Shown: in pieces, positions 26,469-32,000 of the stretch
Position numbering within the stretch: position 1 is the first letter of the stretch
Layout of the letters: every line of letters begins with the position of its first letter
DNA from: Acaryochloris marina MBIC11017
GTDB lineage: Bacteria > Cyanobacteriota > Cyanobacteriia > Thermosynechococcales > Thermosynechococcaceae
Assembly (NCBI RefSeq): GCF_000018105.1
Contig: NC_009925.1
Span: 4,560,001 to 4,592,000, forward strand
DNA length: 32,000 nt
Direction: 5' to 3'
The notes under the pieces: generated by a model
Databases searched by the model: none
What the model saw: the letters and a program-made list of their open reading frames with translations, nothing else
Told to the model about the DNA's origin: nothing
Made by a program: the position numbers and the translations under genes

Positions 26469-27536
26469 ATGGATTTTGATCATATTCATTTTTATGTTCA
26501 TGATTCCAAGCAATGCCAGCGTTGGTTTACTAACGTTTTAGGATTTCAATATCTTGGGAGCAATACTACGGCTGATCGGCAGATTGAAGTTGTCTCTTCT
26601 GGGGCGATTGTCTGTATATTTTCCAGCCCTCTAAACCGAACCAGCCCAGTTGCCCAGTATCTACAACAACACCCTCCTGGTGTCGTTGATTTGGCTTTCT
26701 TGGTCCCGGACGTTCAGGCTACGCTTACCTGCGCTGTCCAGTCAGGAGCAACCCTTTTACAACCTTTGACCGAAGAAAAAAACGACCAAGGAACGTTAAC
26801 TTGGGGAAAAGTACGAGGGTGGGGAGCGTTAGAACATACCTTGGTAGAGCGAAGAGGGCAAACCTCCACTCTGCCATCCAGCATTTTTCCCATCTCAATT
26901 CATGGGCATGATGCCCATCAGAGTCTATTTACCCAGATTGATCATGGGGTTTTGAATGTGGGTAAGCATCAGCTGCAAGCTGCTGTGAGTTGGTATCAGC
27001 GCATATTTGGATTTAAAACTCACCGATATTTTGATATTCAAACGCGTCGTTCAGGTCTGCGCAGTGAAGTGTTGACCCATCCCCAAGGCCAAATCAAGTT
27101 TCCGATCAATGAACCCACCTCAGCGAATTCCCAAATCCAAGAATTTCTAGAGGTCAATCGGGGGGCAGGTATTCAACATATCGCATTGGGAACTTCTAAT
27201 ATTGTTGAAACGGTTACTCAGCTTAAGCATCGAGGGCTATCCATCCTAGATATTCCACCCAGCTACTATCAACGCTTACGACACCAGTTTGAGCAAGTCT
27301 ATTCCCACCTCGATTGGCATGCCCTGGAAACACAACATATTCTGGCTGATTTTGAGGAAGATGCTGGAGCCGGAATTCTATTGCAAACCTTCACAAAGCC
27401 TATCTTTCCACAACCCACTTTTTTCTTTGAAATTATTGAGCGCCAACGGCAGGCCCAAGGGTTCGGACAACGAAACTTTTTGGCCCTTTTTCAAGCCATG
27501 GAGCGGGAACAACAGAAACGGGGAGTATTGCTATAG
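26469..27536 (+). CDS. hppD: 4-hydroxyphenylpyruvate dioxygenase.
   Basis: FDHIHFYV.., ..IDHGVLNV.., ..INEPTSANSQIQEFLEVNRGAGIQHIAL.., ..FFEIIERQRQAQGFGQRNFLALFQAMEREQ are typical HPPD (slr0090-like) motifs. Confidence 0.92.
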   Translation: MDFDHIHFYVHDSKQCQRWFTNVLGFQYLGSNTTADRQIEVVSSGAIVCIFSSPLNRTSPVAQYLQQHPPGVVDLAFLVPDVQATLTCAVQSGATLLQPLTEEKNDQGTLTWGKVRGWGALEHTLVERRGQTSTLPSSIFPISIHGHDAHQSLFTQIDHGVLNVGKHQLQAAVSWYQRIFGFKTHRYFDIQTRRSGLRSEVLTHPQGQIKFPINEPTSANSQIQEFLEVNRGAGIQHIALGTSNIVETVTQLKHRGLSILDIPPSYYQRLRHQFEQVYSHLDWHALETQHILADFEEDAGAGILLQTFTKPIFPQPTFFFEIIERQRQAQGFGQRNFLALFQAMEREQQKRGVLL

Positions 27537-27569
27537 GCTCATCTCAGTTTGCTGCATCCTGCAAAAAAT

Positions 27570-28274
27570 ATGCATGAAACATCACCTCTGCAATCCCTTC
27601 CGTCTGACTATTATGCCCGGTGGACATTGCTCGATACACTGATACAACGCTGGTATCCGCATCAGCAAAAAGATTTACCGGGGTAATCACTCGACGAATT
27701 AAAGAGGGCACAGAATATTCGTGGCTTTCCCATCCCAAATGCCTTGTCGGATTGGTACTTTGCGAACGGGAAACGGCATGATGTCTGGTGCCATCAGGAT
27801 CACTTTCTTCCGCCTGACCAACTCTACATACATAACAACGCATTGATCTTTTATGTAGAGAATCAGGGTGTCGTGAAATGGGGCATTCCAGAAGCCGAAC
27901 TTAACGTCAACGATCCCTCTGTTGTAGTCGAATCTGTTGATGATTCCAATATATGGGTTCCACAAACGAACCATGTATCACTGTTTGCGATATATATGTT
28001 GGCTTACACATTGGCCTTTGCTGATGGCAATGCCTAGATCTACGGTTTTGCAGAATCACCGCTGCTCGCGTTAATCGCTAACACATTTCCAATGCTGGAT
28101 TTCCCAAACAAGTGGTGGACGAAAACTCGTGTGTACGGCTACGAAGATTTGGTCATAGCAATTGACGGTTGTGATTTTGTTCACGCATGTGCAACCTCAA
28201 CCATTGCACTCGAAACGTTTGTCCAACTCACTACGCTGGATAACTTTGATTGTTCTGCATCATCTGACAGCTAA
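27570..28274 (+). pseudogene. SMI1/KNR4 (SUKH)-like ORF interrupted by in-frame stop codons.
   Basis: The listed ORFs 27744..28037 and 28092..28274 are in the same frame and are separated only by the TAG at 28035-28037; the codons between them are open. The same frame is also open upstream from the ATG at 27570, apart from the TAA at 27684-27686. The sequence ..ELKRAQNIRGFPIPNALSDWYFANG..LIFYVENQGVVKWGIPEAEL..DPSVVV.. resembles SMI1/KNR4-type proteins. That family call is from memory and is weak. Confidence 0.5.
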
Positions 28275-28354
28275 ATGCAGCACAAAATATTGGGTTGAAC
28301 TGAGGTCTGCAAAAATACATGTATTGGACAACGCTGTTCTCCATTCACATTTGG

Positions 28355-29413
28355 CTAACCGGAACGTTGGCGAACTAGGTTGGCGGCCAATTGAATCGCA
28401 GCAATCATACTGGTGGGATCGGCAATCCCTTTTCCTGCGATATCAAAGGCTGTACCGTGGTCTGGAGATGTGCGGACAAAGGGTAAACCAATGGTGGTAT
28501 TGACGGCCCGGTCAAAAGCCATCAGCTTAACGGGAATTAAGCCTTGGTCGTGATAGAGGGCTAAGTAGGCGTCGTAGGTGGTGGGTTGTGCTGTTTTATC
28601 GCGGGGACCATACCAAGCTTGCCCTGGTCCCACCCAAAGGGTGTCCGGGGGAATGGGGTCTGATAAGGTCAGATCAGGGTGTTGCGATCGCATCTCCCGT
28701 ATCCACGGAATTAGCCAGTCGATTTCTTCGCGCCCCAACTGCCCTTGCTCACCGCTGTGAGGATTCAGACCTGAGATCGCAACCCTCGGATGCTCTATAC
28801 CAAACTCATGCTGCAGGGTCTTCTTCAGCAGTCTCACCTTCATCGTCAACAACTCAGGAGAAAGCTGACGAGGGACCTCCGACAGTGGAATATGGGTGGT
28901 TGCCAATAAGGTCCGGAGTTGCCACCCGGTATAGGGGGAAGAACCCACAAAGAACATGCCATATTCTGAGGTTTGAGATCGCTCCGCCAAATATTCGGTT
29001 TGCCCAGGATAGTGATGACCGGCAGCCTTCCAAGCTGACTTAGCAATGGGGCCAGTGACGATGCCACCAAATCGTCCTTCCAGGGCACCTGTAATCGCAG
29101 TAGACAAACACTGAAAACTGGCTGCCCCCGTCGCTGCTGAAGGCTTTCCCCATGGAATAGGAGATAGTTTCAATCCTACCTCCAAAAAATCAAGATTCTT
29201 TGGATTTGCTAGGGTCTGATCTACATCCAAACCTGTCTGCTTTTGGAGATGTTCATAAACGGCCTCAAATAAAGACCGCTCCCCAATGACGCAAACATGA
29301 GCTACGTCTTTGAGAAGCGGAAAACTTAAAGCTTTGAGAATGACCTCAGGACCAATCCCTGCAGAATCGCCCATGGGAATGGCAAGCTGGGGTAGCGGAT
29401 GAGAGTCAGCCAT
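28355..29413 (-). CDS. pdxA: 4-hydroxythreonine-4-phosphate dehydrogenase.
   Basis: [20 protein letters not shown].., ..[11 protein letters not shown].., ..[10 protein letters not shown].., ..[10 protein letters not shown].., ..[17 protein letters not shown] are PdxA signatures. Confidence 0.9.
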   Translation of the reverse strand: MADSHPLPQLAIPMGDSAGIGPEVILKALSFPLLKDVAHVCVIGERSLFEAVYEHLQKQTGLDVDQTLANPKNLDFLEVGLKLSPIPWGKPSAATGAASFQCLSTAITGALEGRFGGIVTGPIAKSAWKAAGHHYPGQTEYLAERSQTSEYGMFFVGSSPYTGWQLRTLLATTHIPLSEVPRQLSPELLTMKVRLLKKTLQHEFGIEHPRVAISGLNPHSGEQGQLGREEIDWLIPWIREMRSQHPDLTLSDPIPPDTLWVGPGQAWYGPRDKTAQPTTYDAYLALYHDQGLIPVKLMAFDRAVNTTIGLPFVRTSPDHGTAFDIAGKGIADPTSMIAAIQLAANLVRQRSG

Positions 29414-29457
29414 TGTGATTCATCATCCAAACATATGCATCGAGTGAAGAACAGTCC

Positions 29458-30435
29458 TTATGCAGGAGAGGTGACTTCTTCGGGTTCCGAAGCTGCTTCC
29501 TCAGCAGAAGCATCTGAATCGCCTTGCCCACCTTCTTGTTGAGCCATCATCTGCTGACGATACCGTTCTGCCATTTCTTCAGCTTTGTCATATACCAGCT
29601 GAGGATTCTTGACCATATCACCAGGTTCGGGCTCTAACTGCTTAGTAGAGAGGGATATACGACCTCGTTCAGCATCCAAGTCGATGATCATGACCTTCAG
29701 ATCATCATTAACGTTGAAAACGCTATGAGGTGTGTCGATGTGGTCGTGAGAGATTTCGGAAATGTGAAGCAGGCCGCTGACGCCACCGATATCGATAAAG
29801 GCACCGTAGGGCTTGATACCACGAACAGTTCCAATCACCACTTCGCCCACTTCTAAGCGGTTCATCTTCCGCTCAACCAAGGCTCTCCGATGACTGAGAA
29901 CCAGGCGGTTGCGTTCTTCATCGACTTCTAAGAACTTGAGCGGTAATTCTTCGCCGATTAAATCTTCTTTTGTTGCTCGGGTACTGATGTGAGAGCCGGG
30001 AATAAATCCGCGCAACCCTTCAATTCTGACTAGGGCACCCCCCCGGTTGGTCGCAAATACAGAAGAACGGACCGTTGCATCTTCTGTTTGCAATTGGCGA
30101 ACCCGTTCCCAAGCGCGCATATACTCGATACGGCGAATGGATAAGGTGAGCTGCCCATCTTCATTCTCGTCTGCCAGAATGAAGAACTCACGGGTTTCGT
30201 TGGATTGCAACACCTCATCAGGGTTCTCAATCCGATTGATGGACATTTCCTGGATGGGAATGTAGGCAGCTGTCTTAGCGCCAATGTCAATCAAAGCCCC
30301 TCTGGGTTCCAGACTGAAGACTGTACCCGCCACGACGTCACCTGGATTGAAGTGATAATCATACTTGTCAAGTAACGCGGCGAAATCTTCGTGAGTAAAG
30401 CCAATGTCTGGCAGTGTGGTTTCCCGATTGACCAT
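29458..30435 (-). CDS. rpsA: 30S ribosomal protein S1 (short cyanobacterial form with three S1 domains and an acidic tail).
   Basis: FTHEDFAALLDKYDYHFNPGDVVAGTVFSLEPRGALIDIGAKTAAYIP.. is followed by repeated S1-domain patterns (GFIPGSHIS, GLLHISEIS). Confidence 0.9.
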   Translation of the reverse strand: MVNRETTLPDIGFTHEDFAALLDKYDYHFNPGDVVAGTVFSLEPRGALIDIGAKTAAYIPIQEMSINRIENPDEVLQSNETREFFILADENEDGQLTLSIRRIEYMRAWERVRQLQTEDATVRSSVFATNRGGALVRIEGLRGFIPGSHISTRATKEDLIGEELPLKFLEVDEERNRLVLSHRRALVERKMNRLEVGEVVIGTVRGIKPYGAFIDIGGVSGLLHISEISHDHIDTPHSVFNVNDDLKVMIIDLDAERGRISLSTKQLEPEPGDMVKNPQLVYDKAEEMAERYRQQMMAQQEGGQGDSDASAEEAASEPEEVTSPA

Positions 30436-30680
30436 TCTCTAATGTTCCTAGGTTTTTTCTTACTAAAAGTGAATAATGACGCCTCCTTTGTCCGTAAGGA
30501 CTCAAATAATAGGAGCGCTGGTCGATGCAAAGAGTCATCTTTTACATCTATCTAGATTTGGCACTAGATCTACCATCGTAGCGCAATATCCGAAACCTTA
30601 ACTATATATTTTTTTGTTGGTGGTCTGACGATGAAGATGCTAACAGTTCAAGTTAATAACTGATATTAAATGACTGATAT

Positions 30681-31211
30681 TCACTGGGGAGAAATCATAA
30701 TGGTAGGCTGTGCCGTATCTTCGTAGGGTTCGTCCAGCACACTTGGCAAAGGACCGTCCCCAGACTCTTTAAGCTGATCAAGGGCCTCTACAAAATCTCG
30801 AATTCCCCGGAACTGTCGATAGACAGATGCAAACCTGACATAAGCTACTTCACTGAGGGATTGTAGCTTTGTCAAAACAGATTCACCGAGCTCTGTACTC
30901 GTCACCTCTCTCACAGCTTGCTGCTGAAGTTCCGCTTCAACATCATCCACCAAAGACTCTAACTGCAATGCAGTCAGTCCTGTTTTCTCACAAGCGGTTG
31001 CGACTCCCTTGAGCAACTTGGAACGATCAAAAAGCTCCCTATCCTGATTGCGTTTGATCACGGTGATCGGTACAAACTCAATCCGCTCATAGGTTGTAAA
31101 TCGGCGATTACATTGCAGACATTCCCGACGGCGGCGCACACTCTGTCCCGCTTCTGCTGAGCGCGATTCTAAAACTCGGCTATCGGTATGCTGGCAAAAA
31201 GGGCATTGCAT
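30681..31211 (-). CDS. nrdR: Transcriptional repressor NrdR (zinc ribbon plus ATP-cone).
   Basis: [38 protein letters not shown].. followed by an ATP-cone region. Confidence 0.93.
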   Translation of the reverse strand: MQCPFCQHTDSRVLESRSAEAGQSVRRRRECLQCNRRFTTYERIEFVPITVIKRNQDRELFDRSKLLKGVATACEKTGLTALQLESLVDDVEAELQQQAVREVTSTELGESVLTKLQSLSEVAYVRFASVYRQFRGIRDFVEALDQLKESGDGPLPSVLDEPYEDTAQPTIMISPQ

Positions 31212-31296
31212 ACTGGCTTGTTCAAAGGGGGTAACAGAGTAGTTCTAATTCCAGAAAAACGATTGTAAGATCGATGTTCCCAATCTGTAGCGTTTT

Positions 31297-31704
31297 TTAA
31301 ATCACTGTGATTAGATACTGTGCCCATTCTACTGCCATTGTTATATCCGTAAATGGAATCAGAACAGGATTTTCATCACTTTGACGTTCCAGTACCAATT
31401 GGATGGTCTTACCTTTATCAGGGGGATTTTTCAAATCAATGCCTTGGCCGTCTATTTGGACCAAAACACTTGTAATGGTGTCGATTGAACAATGTTGAAG
31501 ATTGATGGGGCCTTTCGAGGTTGGCTTGCCCCAAGTCAGAGTTTGGCCTTTCTGTCCCAACACCGTATAGATATCATATTTAGCCCGTTCAAAAGACTGG
31601 GCCCAAACCCGATAGGCTTCAACTTTTCGATATTCGATCCACCCAAAACTGGCTAATCCGATAAACACAAACAGCAATGCCAACCATACGAGCCCTTCTG
31701 TCAT
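31297..31704 (-). CDS. Hypothetical protein with an N-terminal membrane anchor.
   Basis: It is a clean 135-aa ORF with the TM segment LVWLALLFVFIGLASFGWI. I recognised no family. Confidence 0.6.
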   Translation of the reverse strand: MTEGLVWLALLFVFIGLASFGWIEYRKVEAYRVWAQSFERAKYDIYTVLGQKGQTLTWGKPTSKGPINLQHCSIDTITSVLVQIDGQGIDLKNPPDKGKTIQLVLERQSDENPVLIPFTDITMAVEWAQYLITVI

Positions 31705-31818
31705 AACTGATGTTGTATTGGCATTTCATGACTGAGATGGGGAGAGAAGGAAAGGTGCTAAATGACAAGGTTGGAATGATGGAAGTACACAACACCTTTC
31801 CTATCGTCGGAGGACTAT

Positions 31819-31968
31819 TTAATCAATCCAGACGGATTGATAGTAAGGGTCGCCAAAGAAGGGGACCACTCCAGTTGCAGGATAGTGATCATCACTAGGA
31901 GCAAAAATGCGCCCTACTGCCTCTGATAAATATTTGATCCCTTGGGCGAATAAATTCATAAGTTTCAT
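31819..31968 (-). CDS. Small hypothetical protein (49 aa).
   Basis: Hand translation gives MKLMNLFAQGIKYLSEAVGRIFAPSDDHYPATGVVPFFGDPYYQSVWID*. A GGGAG Shine-Dalgarno-like motif lies about 7 nt upstream of the ATG at 31968. It overlaps, and I prefer it to, the listed plus-strand ORF 31710..31898. Confidence 0.4.
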   Translation of the reverse strand: MKLMNLFAQGIKYLSEAVGRIFAPSDDHYPATGVVPFFGDPYYQSVWID

Positions 31969-32000
31969 ACGTAGACTCCCATATACAAAATGAATGGGAA

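Noticed and set aside
27544-27974. The listed minus-strand ORFs 27544..27843 and 27699..27974.
   Set aside because: They overlap each other and lie antisense to the more protein-like plus-strand SUKH-like frame. Neither has recognisable motifs.
28314-28325. The 12-bp perfect palindrome aatacatgtatt in the convergent gap between the SUKH-like ORF and pdxA.
   Set aside because: It is short and AT-rich with no flanking stem or U-tract, so it is likely chance or at most a minor protein-binding site.
31710-31898. The listed plus-strand 62-aa ORF.
   Set aside because: It has no motif and no RBS, and it overlaps the better-supported minus-strand 49-aa ORF.

Overview
This looks like a cyanobacterial chromosomal segment. 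The evidence is petN, three tocopherol-pathway genes, a cyanobacteria-type Cys4/pentapeptide Ser/Thr kinase, and nine copies of the HIP1 palindrome GCGATCGC. No database search was possible; every family call comes from reading the translations.

The left ~13 kb looks accessory:
- (1) The first ~5.4 kb of a giant minus-strand surface-protein gene. The supplied ORF track misses it because the ORF runs off the window edge. It has a DUF4347-like N-terminus, a beta-helix-like region, and near-identical 309-bp (103-aa) cadherin-like/VCBS-type tandem repeats. The many plus-strand ORFs listed at 78-4713 are its antisense shadows.
- (2) A decayed IS4/IS5-superfamily transposase.
- (3) An HTH-NACHT STAND NTPase lying directly downstream of, and co-directional with, an overlapping FHA-PAS histidine kinase / REC response-regulator pair.
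- (4) A 0.9-kb strongly AT-rich gap with no listed ORF.

The remaining ~19 kb is mostly housekeeping:
- Translation, photosynthesis and RNA genes: argS, petN (hidden inside a longer listed ORF), tRNA-Asn(GTT), ribosomal protein S1, nrdR.
- Tocopherol pathway: gamma-tocopherol methyltransferase overlapping homogentisate phytyltransferase, with HPPD about 9 kb further on.
- Other enzymes and envelope genes: a Ser/Thr kinase, a GMC oxidoreductase with an N-terminal extension, an LCP-family protein, a sugar-phosphate nucleotidyltransferase, a Zn-dependent dehydrogenase, a NUDIX hydrolase, pdxA.
- A SUKH-like ORF broken by in-frame stop codons.

I cannot show that any truly novel system is present. 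The best candidates for a second look are the kinase/REC/HTH-NACHT string and the giant repeat protein.
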